Below are positions 1-12,521 of a stretch of DNA of 60,410 nucleotides, piece after piece. Source of the DNA: Octopus bimaculoides (Eukaryota); assembly GCF_001194135.2 (NCBI RefSeq), contig NC_068990.1:18483629-18544038 (forward strand), in the 5' to 3' direction. The translations under genes were made by a program, and so were the position numbers. How positions within the stretch are numbered: the stretch's first letter is position 1; every line of letters starts with the position of its first letter. Under the pieces are notes generated by a model, which worked only from the letters and a program-made list of their open reading frames with translations, did not search any database and was not told where the DNA came from.

Positions 1-222
1 GCAGAAACGTTAGCACGCCGGACGAAATGCTTAGCGGTATTTCGTCTGCCACTGCGTTCTGAGTTCAAATTCCGCCGAGGTCGACTTTGCCCTTCATCCT
101 TTCGGGGTCGATAAATTAAGTACCAGTTACGCACTGGGGTCGATATAATCGACTTAATCCGTTTGTCTGTCCTTGTTTGTCCCCTCTGTGTGTAGCCCCT
201 TGTGGGCAGTAAAGAAATAGGT
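1..222 (+). mobile_element. tRNA-derived SINE (family A), 5' end cut by the window edge
   Basis: B-box-like GAGTTCAAATTCC at about 61-73 and core GTCGACTTTGCCCTTCATCCTTTCGGGGTCGATAAATTAAGTACCAG, which recurs at 652-780, 981-1195, 36790-36888, 43323-43538, 46615-46768 and 47495-47832. Confidence 0.85.
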
Positions 223-224
223 AT

Positions 225-312
225 TTCTTTCGGTTCGTTACGTGCAGATTTAAACTCCTGCTGAGGTCGACTTTGCCTCTCATACTTTTGGGGTCGATAA
301 AATAAAGTACCA
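225..312 (+). mobile_element. Partial second copy of the family A SINE core
   Basis: GAGGTCGACTTTGCCTCTCATACTTTTGGGGTCGATAAAATAAAGTACC repeats the core at 77-125. Confidence 0.75.
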
Positions 313-651
313 CTAAACTACTCCAATTGCCCTCTTCCCTGCAACCGGCGCCCTGCTCAGGAGAATGTTGTGATCCCGGTCACTTATAAGCCATGGTGAT
401 CGAGTCACTGTTCTTATGAGTTCTAGGGACTAAGAAAAGAACAATAAAGCACAAAGAGACACATATATGTGAGGGCAAAATACGAATTTTAACTTTATTC
501 GCAGCTTAAGTGCAGCTAAGTTCACTTAACCCTCTCTTTAATTCTCCAGCTCTTGCTATACTTTCTATATCGATATTAATTTCGAATTTTGACAAAAGGC
601 CAGCAAGTTCGGCGGAGCAGATAAGACGCTTACATCGACCCCAGTACACAA

Positions 652-780
652 CTAGTACATATTTTTATCGAATCCGAAAGGATAGGACGCAAAGTCGACC
701 TCGGTGGCATTTGAACTCAGAACGTAATGCTGCAAAGCATTTTGCCCAGCTTGCTAACGATTCTGTCGGCTCACCGCCTT
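652..780 (-). mobile_element. Family A SINE, 5' half
   Basis: Reverse complement reads AAGGCGGTGAGCCGACAGAATCGTTAGC...GAGTTCAAATGCCACCGAGGTCGACTTTGCG. Confidence 0.8.
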
Positions 781-980
781 ACTTTCTATTTCAATATTTA
801 TGTATTTTTTAAGGAAATGCCACTTATTTTGGTGAATGAAATTACTGGTTATTACTCGATTGGTACATATGTTTTCAAACACTGAAGTCCTAATTGACGT
901 ACTGAAGAGAATTTTATCGATCAATTAACAAATACTACTAATCCAGTATCTTTATATAAGTTAATATTATCCTCGTAATA

Positions 981-1195
981 AGGCGGCAAGTTGGCAGAAA
1001 CGTTAGCAACCCGGGCAAAATGCATATCAGTATTTCGTCTGTCTTCACGATCTGAGTTCAAGTTCCGCCGAGGTCGCCTTTACCTTTCATCCTTTCGGGG
1101 TCGATAAATTAAGTATCAGTTGCATACTGGGGCCGATCTGACCGACTGGCTCCCTCCCCCCAAATTTTGGGCCTTGTGCCTAGAGTAGAAAAGAC
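981..1195 (+). mobile_element. Full-length family A SINE with a 16-bp target-site duplication
   Basis: Head AGGCGGCAAGTTGGCAGAAACGTTAGC and B box GAGTTCAAGTTCC; TATTATCCTCGTAATA occurs at both 965-980 and 1196-1211. Confidence 0.92.
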
Positions 1196-1210
1196 TATTA
1201 TCCTCGTAAT

Positions 1211-1355
1211 AGCTGTGTGGTTAAACGTCTGCTTTGCAGTCCCATGATTTCGTGTACAGTCCTGTTGATCAATACCTTGAGCAAGTGAGTTCTGCTATAA
1301 TATGGGCCAAACAATATTTGTGACAGAACTTGGTAAACGAAACAAAATACGTTGT
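1211..1355 (+). mobile_element. Degenerate CORE-type SINE (family B)
   Basis: GCTGTGTGGTTAAACG...ACCTTGAGCAAGTG...TTGGTAAACGAAAC aligns by eye with the better-preserved copies at 56067-56204 and 56641-56754. Confidence 0.6.
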
Positions 1356-1688
1356 GTGTGTGGCTGTGGTTATGCATGTGTGTGCGTCTTTGTATGCACA
1401 CTGCATTACAACCGCGGTTGGTTTGTTTACATTTCTGTAATCTTGTAGTTACAGTCATGTAAACATAATATACCTACCATCCCATAGATAGTATTGATAA
1501 TATAGCAATAACTGTTGTCGAGACTATTTATAATACTTGCGAGCAGAACCAGTGAGAAAAAAATGATTTCGTCAATGACATTTTAAAGAAAAGTTCGTTT
1601 ATTTAAATCGTTTCCTATTTAAAATGCCATACAAATTAATGATGTTCGCATTATATAATGAAGTTCATTGTAAACGCGCGTATTTGAA

Positions 1689-2040
1689 ATGATGGCAATG
1701 GTAGAGATGATGGTGGTGGTGGTGGTGGTGGTGGTGGTTTTGGTAGTTTTAGTGATGATGAGAATAATTGCAATGATGAGACTTGTAATGCTGCTAATGA
1801 TTATGCTAATGAGAGTTGTGGTGATGATGATAATCATTATGATGATGCTGATGAAGGTGGTAGTAGTGGCGGTGGTCATGACGACGAGGACGATGATGGC
1901 GATGAGGATGGTGAAGACGTGGAGGTGTGGTGCATCATCATCATCATCATTACCACTATCATCCTCAGTCTCATTAATACTACAATATCGACGATAAGAC
2001 AACGGCAACGACGAAAACGACATTCACGACGGCACCATTG
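1689..2040. repeat. Degenerate (GGT)n/(GAT)n/(CAT)n trinucleotide tract
   Basis: Direct reading; accounts for the M/V-rich and T/I-rich ORFs. Confidence 0.9.
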
Positions 2041-2240
2041 ACAACGAGGACGACAGACCTGGGGAGGCACCTTTTTGTCGACAAAGAAGTAGGGAAACAC
2101 GAGGTGTACAACAAAGGAGTTAAGTAATTGAGCAGGGAGAAGTAACCTGTCTGGCGTACTAAACTACTAACATGTCAATAGTTCAGGTCTCTCTATATCT
2201 GTGTGAGTGTGTGTGTGTATATATATAATAGAAATATAAT

Positions 2241-2768
2241 TATTTCTGAATCTCTCAAATAGAGACATTCAGTAGCGGATCTTTAAAATAAAGGCTATTT
2301 GCCAACATAATATGGCTGCTCCGGATGGGAAGATGTTACTGTTGTATAGCCCAGGAAACATCGTGTCCAGCTGGCTATACAACACAATATCTATCCTTAT
2401 ATTTTCGAACAAGGACTTCAGAACCTCCATCCAGTGCAAAACAACATTTGTGTACCATTTCTGGGTTATTGCGCTTTAAAAACACAGAGTAGCTGCTTGG
2501 CTAGGTGGCGTTGCTGAATTCACCGTTCGAATATATAGTTTTCAAAGTGACACACTGTCACTGATCTAATAAAAAAGAGATATTATTATTTCTAAATCTC
2601 TCAAAGGGATATAATCAGTAGCAGTTCTATAACGTAAAGGCTATATGTCAACATAATGTGGTTGTCCTAAAAGAGACGATGTTACCGTTGTTTAGCCCCA
2701 GGAAGCATCATTTCCAGCTATCTGTACGACACAATATCTGTGTCTTTATATTTTTGAACATAGAGTTC
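2241..2768. repeat. Two diverged copies of a roughly 180-bp interspersed repeat (2241-2419 and 2587-2768)
   Basis: TATTTCTGAATCTCTCAAATAGAGACATTCAGTAGC...ACACAATATCTATCC aligns with TATTTCTAAATCTCTCAAAGGGATATAATCAGTAGC...ACACAATATCTGTGTC. Confidence 0.8.
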
Positions 2769-2923
2769 GTATGTATGTATGTATGTATGTATGTATGTAT
2801 GCATGTATGTATGTATGTACGTATGTATGTATGTATGTATGTATGTATATGCATGTATATATATATATATATGCATATATGTTCCTATATAACATACATA
2901 ATACATATGTATATATACATATA

Positions 2924-3484
2924 CAGGGTGTTCAATAAGTCTCTCTGCAGTGAATTTTTCAAGACGCCATCAACACCGAGTGACATTGCTCAAATACTGT
3001 CTATCCATTTGTAGGCCAACTCACTGAAACTGAAATTAATAATGCATATTTTCAGCAAGATGGATCTACAGCACATACTTCGCACATCACTATGGCGCTA
3101 TTTCAAAAGTTTTTTGGTGAACAGATTATTTCGAAGGGACATTGGCCACCAAAATCACCTGATTTAACACTGCAAAGTTTTTTTTTTCTGGGGTGCAAGT
3201 AAACGGTCAGTGTACAAGAATCGCCCGAAAACCATTAATGAGATAAAAAACGGAATCATAACCTTCACACGGTCGATGCCATGTCAGACTCTCCAAGATG
3301 TATTTCAAAACATGTGTAGAAGAGTCAACTTATGCACTGAAAATGGGGGACGACACTTTCAACACTTCTTTCAACAGTTTCTTTTAAAGTCTTGTAAAGT
3401 CTAATATATTATTTTGTAGTCTTAAACCATCTTATTTATTTTGCAATAAAGTGCTTACTGCAGAGAGACTTTTTGAATACCCTG
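2924..3484 (+). mobile_element. Internally deleted Tc1/mariner element (maT/DD37D-like) with both TIRs
   Basis: Left TIR CAGGGTGTTCAATAAGTCTCTCTGCAGT; the right end reverse-complements to CAGGGTATTCAAAAAGTCTCTCTGCAGT; TA on both flanks. Internal frame AYFQQDGSTAHT...HWPPKSPDLT, then a frameshift in the poly-T run, then VYKNRPKT...RRVNLCTENGGRHFQH. Confidence 0.92.
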
Positions 3485-3716
3485 TATATATTTATATATA
3501 TATATATNNNNNNNNNNNNNNNNNNNNNNNNNNNNNNNNNNNNNNNNNNNNNNNNNNNNNNNNNNNNNNNNNNNNNNNNNNNNNNNNNNNNNNNNNNNNN
3601 NNNNNNNNNNNNNNNNNNNNNNNNNNNNNNNNNNNNNNNNNNNNNNNNNNNNNNNNNNNNTACATATATATTGTACATATCTGTACATATACATATGTAT
3701 ATATGTGTATCTCATA

Positions 3717-3815
<99 letters not shown>

Positions 3816-5499
3816 TACTAAACGCTATTAAGCTGCAACATTTAATCCTGAGGAAATGAACTCATATTGATATCGATATCTGTCGCTCCTTTCACTTCCA
3901 AGTCGATTTGATTCGCCTCTTTGAGATATGCTGTGGTTTTGAACACGACACGTCTTTGAAGGAGGTCTCCTTTGAACGAAATACCGCAGGTTTATAATGT
4001 TTACTAAGAGACATGCATTAAAGGTCTGATATTGGTAAAGTTTGCATTATTAAGCAGCTTCAAACGCAAAGTTTAAATACATATATACATGCATATCCTG
4101 ATATATATGTGTATATAATAATAAAATGAAAATGGAGAGTTTAAACAGACATTTGTTAATTTATTAACTTAATATTATATTGTTATTATAATTTGAAAAT
4201 AAATATAATTCCTACAATTGGTTCACTTCAAACCTCAAAACCAAAGATTTATATTATGGAAATATTTGAGTAAGAATCTCATTAGTCTGTTTTACAATTT
4301 CAAACTCATTCGGTCCATTCTACGATTTCAAACTTCTCATATGTGATTTTCGTCCAGTTTATCCTGATGAGATTCTTATACAAATATTTCCATAATATTA
4401 GTTTTCGTTATCTATGTTTGAATTGAAACAATTCTTGGGATTATATTTGTTTTTAACAATAATATAATATTATGTTACTAAATTAACATATGCCAGTTTA
4501 AAGTTTTCATTTTCCTTCTAATATTGTTTATTGTCTATACATATACCCATTTCTTCGGGAGAAAATTTTTTTCTACTATATTGGGTATTAAACAGTTAAC
4601 GAAAGAAAATTGGATATTTTACATCTCTATAAGCGCTTGTTTCCTTGTATTGGATATATGTATGTGTGTTTGTGTGTATGTATATATATATATATATNNN
4701 NNNNNNNNNNNNNNNNNNNNNNNNNNNNNNNNNNNNNNNNNNNNNNNNNNNNNNNNNNNNNNNNNNNNNNNNNNNNNNNNNNNNNNNNNNNNNNNNNNNN
4801 NNNNNNNNNNNNNNNNNNNNNNNNNNNNNNNNNNNNNNNNNNNNNNNNNNNNNNNNNNNNNNNNNNNNNNNNNNNNNTATATATATACATGTGTGTGTGT
4901 GTAAATAGATAGATAAATAAATAGATATATGAAAATGATATTATATGTCATACATATATTAATGTAACTGTGCGTGTGTGTGTGTGTGCTTGTCGGTCTG
5001 TCAATTGGCATAAATAAAATATTTTAATACTTCAATGAAAATTTAGAACAATGCAGCTGTTGCGAAAAGAATACCAGCAGGTGGATAGAGACCAACTTCA
5101 TTTGATACAGTCAAAACACTTGACAAAACTAATTATTGTTATACATCTCAGGATATACACAATCACCAGAATCTGCTTGTATATTTGTGATAAATTTCCT
5201 TGTTGTCTTGTTGATGAGCAAATATTGTGATTTTTGACGGTAAAACGACAAGAGAAGATCAACATGTCATAATCCGATGTGAATCTTGTGAAAACAGCAG
5301 GATGCAGGATGATAGAGAATTAATATTACTTTAAAGCATGAAGGTAAGATGATAAAGTGATGAAAGAGGGAAGGTCAAATATAGAGATATAGAAATATCG
5401 AAGGTATATAGTGTAAACAGTATAGATCGGCTTCAAAGAAAATCATTCCGTTTGGTTGTATTAAATCTCTTGGCAAGATGTTTAATAATATTTTCCAAG

Positions 5500-5994
5500 A
5501 TTACTCCTTCACACACTCGCGCCCGCATATGTGTATGTATATCCGAATACATAATTATGTAAGTAGAAACATACACACATTTTCGAATGCATGTACGTAC
5601 GTATATACACATACACATATTAACATATGTATATATGAATATATACATATATGTAAATATAAATACATATTCATATACATATGTATCTATGTAGGTTGGT
5701 ACGTGTGTTTGTATGTATTTATATATATGTATGCATATATATATGCATATATATATGTATATATACATATATATATACACATAATGTGTGCATGTACTTA
5801 GATGGAATACATTGTAAACGTTGTGTAAACGTTGATATATGGAAACATGTAAATGTGTGCACCCAAACATATATATACAAATGTATGTGTATATATAAGT
5901 GTGTGTATATATGTATAATTCTATATATATATATATATATGCATATTTCACTGTGTACAGATATACGAATTCCTGCCTATATACCTGCATATGC

Positions 5995-6052
<58 letters not shown>

Positions 6053-6230
6053 ATATGTATATATATTTATGTATATATATGTATATATATGCATACATAT
6101 ATACATATATATATATATATGTATATGTATATATATATACAAACACACACANNNNNNNNNNNNNNNNNNNNNNNNNNNNNNNNNNNNNNNNNNNNNNNNN
6201 NNNNNNNNNNNNNNNNNNNNNNNNNNNNNN

Positions 6231-6275
<45 letters not shown>

Positions 6276-6440
6276 CACACGTATACGTGCATATATATAT
6301 ATATACATATATCTATTAATATTTATATATCCGTACATGCATACATATATGAGTATGTCTATATATGTAACTATATGCATGAAAATACATCCATAAAATA
6401 TACAAATCTGCACATACATACATACATGGATACATACATA
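5500..6440. repeat. (TA)n/(CA)n/(TG)n compound low-complexity tract with an assembly gap
   Basis: Direct reading; source of the YI/HT/CV-repeat ORFs. Confidence 0.9.
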
Positions 6441-6573
6441 TCAGTTAAATATCAGATGTCGGCAAAAAAGAGAGCGCTCACTACCATGGTAGAGACTTAT
6501 ATCTTATTTTCGTCAAGTCAGCCTCTCGCAATTATGAATTTCACATGCACACACGCAGAATCTTGAGCCAAGT

Positions 6574-7171
6574 TGTGGCGACTTGCCTGGATATCCTGTC
6601 AGATTACAGGTGAAGATCAAAGTAGCAAGAGGTTGACTAGACAAAAATCTATCTATATATATATAACCGTCCGTCTGTCTCTACCTCTCTCTCTCCTCTC
6701 TCCCCACGTGACCGATGTTCGGCCAAGCCTGACCCTTCTTTCTTGGTTCGGCCGCCGTCCGTGCAACATCTATATTCCTCCCTGTGCCTGTGAAATGTTG
6801 TATCCCTACCGTAAGGCTTTACTTCCACACACGCCAGCTTAATTTAATTCGTGCTTAGCCGAAAGACACCTGTTCTTATGTCCTGTTATTTGTATGTGTG
6901 TAATATTCTCCGTTTGATTCCCTCCTCGTTTTCGTATACATTCGCTGCTTTCTTCCAAGGAATCTAATCTTCTTAGCTTAGTTGTTCCTTGGGGCTGCCA
7001 GATTGGAGCAACCTCGAGTACAACCAGCCGAAATTGCAAAGTTAATCTTGAACTCAACTGAGGAAAGAAAATTCCGAATGACCTGTCCTTGTTTTCTTTG
7101 AATCATCTATCTGGATGTTTTTGTTGTCCCTTTTTTGAATCCCCTGTCTGCATGTTTTGTTTTCTTGTCCC
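6574..7171 (+). mobile_element. Unclassified terminal-repeat-like sequence (LTR or Penelope-like pseudo-LTR)
   Basis: GC-richer block beginning TGTGGCGAC, containing TATATAA, a pyrimidine-rich 3' part and two hammerhead-like remnants; truncated by a gap. Confidence 0.3.
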
Positions 7172-8058
7172 NNNNNNNNNNNNNNNNNNNNNNNNNNNNN
7201 NNNNNNNNNNNNNNNNNNNNNNNNNNNNNNNNNNNNNNNNNNNNNNNNNNNNNNNNNNNNNNNNNNNNNNNNNNNNNNNNNNNNNNNNNNNNNNNNNNNN
7301 NNNNNNNNNNNNNNNNNNNNNNNNNNNNNNNNNNNNNNNNNNNNNNNNNNNNNNNNNNNNNNNNNNNNNNNNNNNNNNNNNNNNNNNNNNNNNNNNNNNT
7401 ATATATATATTATATATACATATATATAGATAGATATTTATATATATATATTCATATAATATACGAGCATTTATATGTACATTTAATTGCATACATACAA
7501 ACACATGCACACACACGCATTTACTAATGTTAATGTAAATATCTATAATCTACTATTTCTATAAATATATATAGGCTAGCATTTATATATACATATCAAT
7601 AAATATAATATGTGTTAATATTACTACAAAACATACGTGTAAATGTGTTCATACTAAAAATTACACAAACATACACATTTATAACAAATTGTATGAAACC
7701 TAATATTTATAAATGCACAGACCTACACCTATGTATATAATTGTAAAGAAACATGAAAGTAGTTTGCCAGCATGATATTGCAATTTAACATGTCTAAATA
7801 TAATTGCATGGGGTTTTAATAATATATGAAATTATGTATGTAGATATACATTATTAAAAATATTTTAGGACACACATATATATATCCGACTCTTTCTTTC
7901 TGTCTCTTTCACCTTCTTTTTCTATATCCTCCCCCTCCGTGTGTATGAGTGTGTGTGTGTATGTGTGCATGTGTGAATATGTGTCTGACAGAATGCCGTA
8001 TATGAAATTATACCGCATGCAAGATATGAAATTATAAAAGAAAATCAGCGTGTTCGTG

Positions 8059-8089
<31 letters not shown>

Positions 8090-8127
8090 ACACACACACA
8101 CACGCATACATTCATATATATACATTC

Positions 8128-8199
<72 letters not shown>

Positions 8200-10734
8200 G
8201 TATATTATATATATATATGCATATATTTATGCATATGTATCTATGTTTCTGTGTATGTTGGCATGTATGTATACGTTTATATGCTTCCCGTGTAGGTAAA
8301 CAAAATCTGTAGACAGAAATATCTCAGTGTAAAAATGTAAAAACACTCTGTGAACCGAAGTAAACACGTTGGCTTTAGAGGGAAATATATATTGATCAAA
8401 CAGCAAAATCTACTAGAAACATATGGTCCTAATCGATTCCACTAAAGTGAGCAATATATACTTAGTTACTCTATTGTTCATTAGTTACAAGGAAAAACTA
8501 TTGTATACACATATGAATTTAGATTTATACACATACTAATTCACATGCGAGTACGTTTTTTTAATATCTAACATGTAGACGGAGGTGGGATGTATTCATG
8601 ATAAGCCATACTTAGTTACGTAACTTGATTTCGAATTTTGCCAATGTCTTCGTATATTTTCATGTTTTAGTTGAGAGTAATCCAAGTATAGATGTATCGT
8701 ACTAGAGAAGCTGCTATCTTTTCTACTCTACTACCTGAAATGTTTTAGACTTGTGCCTATGTAGTCTAACAGAGAAGCTCCTCAAAAACCAACCTCTTCA
8801 ACGATGTTTTAATTGAAATTCTAATTCCTTGTGCCATCTGTGTTCCACTGACGTTATCGTTGTTCCAGCATCGACACATTCCGCTTCGTTGGTCGGATAT
8901 ACTAGCGCAATCTAATTCAAGAGGAATAGTGATCCTGTCTTTACGAATAGCGCCCCTTGCACAGAAATTTAGAAAACTTTAGGTATAGGGGAAAGATTCA
9001 ATCAGTAAAACAATTTGATAGAACAAGAAACTTTCTCTGATGGTTCTACCATCCAAAGCTAAGATAATGAGCCTACGTGCCACCACTTGATTCCATCGTA
9101 ACTTGGCCTCTTGTTGCCATTTCCCAAATTTCAAACTTGCTCGCTCCAGATCTATTCTTGCACCTTGACGGAATGACGTGATTTAATGCAAACTAGGCCA
9201 TTCCTAAATGGTACAGCACGTGTATACGAGGAAGTATAAAGAAAACTTCTAGTGGAAGCAGCCTAATAAAATAGGGTATAAACTGAGGGATAAAAGTAGA
9301 ATATTTGTGTCAAGTAAAGGAAAAAAACCGTGTAAAATGCACTGTAACATCTGTAATGTTCAACTAATGAACAGGATTGTATATACTTTTATGAAAACAT
9401 TTCATTATATTAATGACAGAGGGAAATATAAATTTCGACTCATATCACAGAAACTAAAGTGGAAATGATTGCACTAAATAACATATATAATCTCTGTCAA
9501 ACTCATAATCCTAATTTTATGATTAATTAAAGAAATATAAATTTATCAGAGAGCTTTCAGGCATTTGTAAAATATATCCAATAACAGTGTTAAGGAAAGG
9601 CTGAGAAACATCTATGATAAAATTATTTGATATAGTTGACATCAAATAGTAATATCAATTTGATATAATAGACACTCCTATTCTACAAATAAGCATCAAT
9701 GATTAAAAGTCCTAAGATTTTCGAAGCTCTTTTCTGTCTCCACAAATAATCACATATACATAATAATAACGCAAAATCGATTCTCTTCATTAACGAAAGA
9801 ATATGGTTATAACAACGACATAATTTACACAAGTTTTTGGTAGAGGTATGGAATTCAGAAACACAACTGAATTTTCAAATGTATTTCGTTTTATATTTTA
9901 AACGAAGTCTACCAGAATTTCCAAAATATTCATTAAATAATCTATGTTAGTAGCCGTCTATTAATCTTCTATTAAACTCTAACACCAACTTATACAACTC
10001 AGTAAAGTATAAGCCCATTGATTCGCCCTACAGTATCATCTATTCTTTCAATACTCGGAAAATCAAGCTAAAAGACTGAAGGAAAAATATACGTAAACTA
10101 TCCAATGATTTTAACCCCAAATTACAATAATCACCCTTATCAAATAGTGAGTATTTTAGAAGTAAAATTTAACATTAAAGAGACGATAATCAATGACAGC
10201 GCAATATTATATAGAATATAATATATATTTTCCATGGTTTAATAAAGATATTCGTAAGTTTAGGGAAGAGACTCTCTTACATTTATTATGGCGAAACCTT
10301 ATTCAAAACAGTAACATGCCTGTTTAATACTGTATTAATAATCTCCGTTTGTACAGAGACCATTTAATATCATATACGTGCACACTTTTACGTGACGACA
10401 TTTTAAAGAAATGTCATGAGATATATTAGATAGTATGCAATAAACGTTAATATTTCCATTGGAAAAAAAATATATATATATACAATGAAACATTGCACTG
10501 TCCTTCTAGTCATTGACATAGTGATAATTTTCAAAGCAAATTCATTCAAAGTAGCTATTAAACAGCTACACATTTCGCCAGCATTCTATCAATCATTCAA
10601 ACAAAACTGAAAAAATTAAAATTAGTAGGATGTGACATGGTATTCAGCACCCGCCAAGCGCAAAATATATGTCTAAAATGACTTACTTATGCAGTCAATC
10701 TCTTATTCTCATTAGTCAGAAAGGAAAAATTAAC

Positions 10735-11190
10735 ATGAGATCAATTTAAGATTAGATATAATCACCACTTATTATTTATTCGTAGCATTGCAAAGGGAAT
10801 TTCACCCTGAACTAGTGGCTCACAATCTAGGATGGAATACAATAAGCTTCGTTACATATTTGACGTATTAGAAAGAGTATTTGACTTTGACCTAGAGACA
10901 CACAATTGAAGATTAAATATAATTATCTTTCTTACATATTTGTAATATTACCAAGTCGATTTTTGTTCTGACCTAAATATACACAATCTCAGATTAGACA
11001 TAATGCGCTGACCAAGTGACACGAAATTTGATATTAAAGATTAAGAACTTCGTTATATATTAATACAGTTGCACAGACATTTTACTCTGACACAGTGACA
11101 AATAATTTAAGATCAAATATCATAATTTTTATTATGTATTCGTAGAAATACGAATATGTTTTGACTTTGATTTAGTCACATATATCTGAT
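10735..11190. repeat. Degenerate 80-bp tandem repeat, about 5-6 copies
   Basis: Units start at 10801, 10881 and 10961 (TTCACCCTGAACTAG / TTGACTTTGACCTAG / TTTTGTTCTGACCTA, each followed by CACAAT..AGAT) with further decayed copies. Confidence 0.7.
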
Positions 11191-11876
11191 TCTTTCATAT
11201 TCTGAAAAAATATTAAGTGTACGTGCTGTATTAGATGTTACACAAAGCTTACACATTCAACGATAGATTCTGTGACTTATGTATTCTTAACTGAATAATC
11301 ATATCAATTTTTTTTTTATTGTTGTTCCTCTTTACGAAAACACCTTCTTAGATACAATAATGGTTTCTCGTCAAATTTAACTGCAAATACAACAAAATAT
11401 GACATTAAGAAAACTGTTTAACGTCCTAAAATATCACAATGGAGTTAGAATTATCTACTAAAAAATAATGCTTCTGGCTTTATCATAATACCTGAATTTT
11501 AAAGACGCATAAGAAAATACTTTCAATTATCTTCACATAGCAGCACTTTTAGACAAAAACAACAATGGAATTATGAAAAAAAAAAGAATGCAAGTTATCA
11601 TTTGAGTGATTAAACATGCACACACACACACACACACACACACACNNNNNNNNNNNNNNNNNNNNNNNNNNNNNNNNNNNNNNNNNNNNNNNNNNNNNNN
11701 NNNNNNNNNNNNNNNNNNNNNNNNNNNNNNNNNNNNNNNNNNNNNNNNNNNNNNNNNNNNNNNNNNNNNNNNNNNNNNNNNNNNNNNNNNNNNNNNNNNN
11801 NNNNNNNNNNNNNNNNNNNNNNNNNNNNNNNNNNNNNNNNNNNNNNNNNNNNNNNNNNNNNNNNNNNNNNNNNNNN

Positions 11877-11910
<34 letters not shown>

Positions 11911-11949
11911 TACATAATACGGAGTTTTAGTTCACTGGTGATCTAAACG

Positions 11950-12330
11950 AATAGGTACGCTGGTAAGTACTGTAACGGGTTTTCAGGGCTCCAAGCTCAA
12001 GACCGAAACGGGGGCTATGGAACTATTTTGGGTTTCCGATATGGCGGATATATATTTGTGAAAGAGGACAATAAACGCCAAGGCATAACAAGCATCTCAA
12101 GTCATATACATTATTATACTTAAATTAGTTGAGGTCTTACAGCTGTTTCTGCGATATCGCAAGTGATAGGCTAGCTTGCCCGAATATGGGGTATTCTGTC
12201 ATCAGAGACAAATAGAGACAATATGAAGGATTTAGACATGAAAATAATCAAAGACGGACATGGAAAATTCACTGATAATAATCAATGAAATAGAAGAGTA
12301 GAGATTAAGGAAATAAGGAAATAAAGTTTA
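11950..12330 (-). mobile_element. Penelope-like pseudo-LTR fragment containing a hammerhead motif
   Basis: Pyrimidine-rich leader followed by a hammerhead core, with the same layout and shared ATATC.CAGAAACAG as 54630-54880. Confidence 0.55.
12134..12209 (-). ncRNA. Type I hammerhead ribozyme motif with complete core
   Basis: GUCU-CUGAUGA-[49 nt]-GAAAC-AGCU-GUA-AGAC; stem I GUCU/AGAC; palindromic stem III ACAGCUGU. Confidence 0.7.
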
Positions 12331-12459
12331 CAGTTCATTTTTCCAAAGGTATGAGTGCTAGTCCTTCGGTAAAATCCTAGGTAAATCCAGGCAAGGGATG
12401 ATTAGTGTTTTCACAGCATAAATATCCAGGCAACATTTTGTCCTACTGACCCAATTGAC

Positions 12460-12521
12460 CCAACGATGCGCATGCGCGAAATTAACAATATGAAATGGCG
12501 ACAATTTACCCATCGCACCCT
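12460..12521. mobile_element. Probable Tc1/mariner-type terminal inverted repeat fragment
   Basis: Reverse complement reads TATAGGGTGCGATGGGTAAATTGTCGCC, resembling the TA-CAGGGTG terminus at 2922-2930; abuts (TA)n. Confidence 0.35.

Noticed and set aside
8750-9200. Minus frame of about 140 codons with a single stop (…GARIDLERASLKFGKW…FCARGAIRKDRI…)
   Set aside because: No recognisable motif or convincing splice sites; about one such stretch could arise by chance across six frames of 60 kb.
12466-12500. NRF1-like TGCGCATGCGC and YY1-like AAATGGCG motifs suggesting a promoter
   Set aside because: They lie in what looks like a transposon terminus next to (TA)n, with no CpG island or downstream exon.
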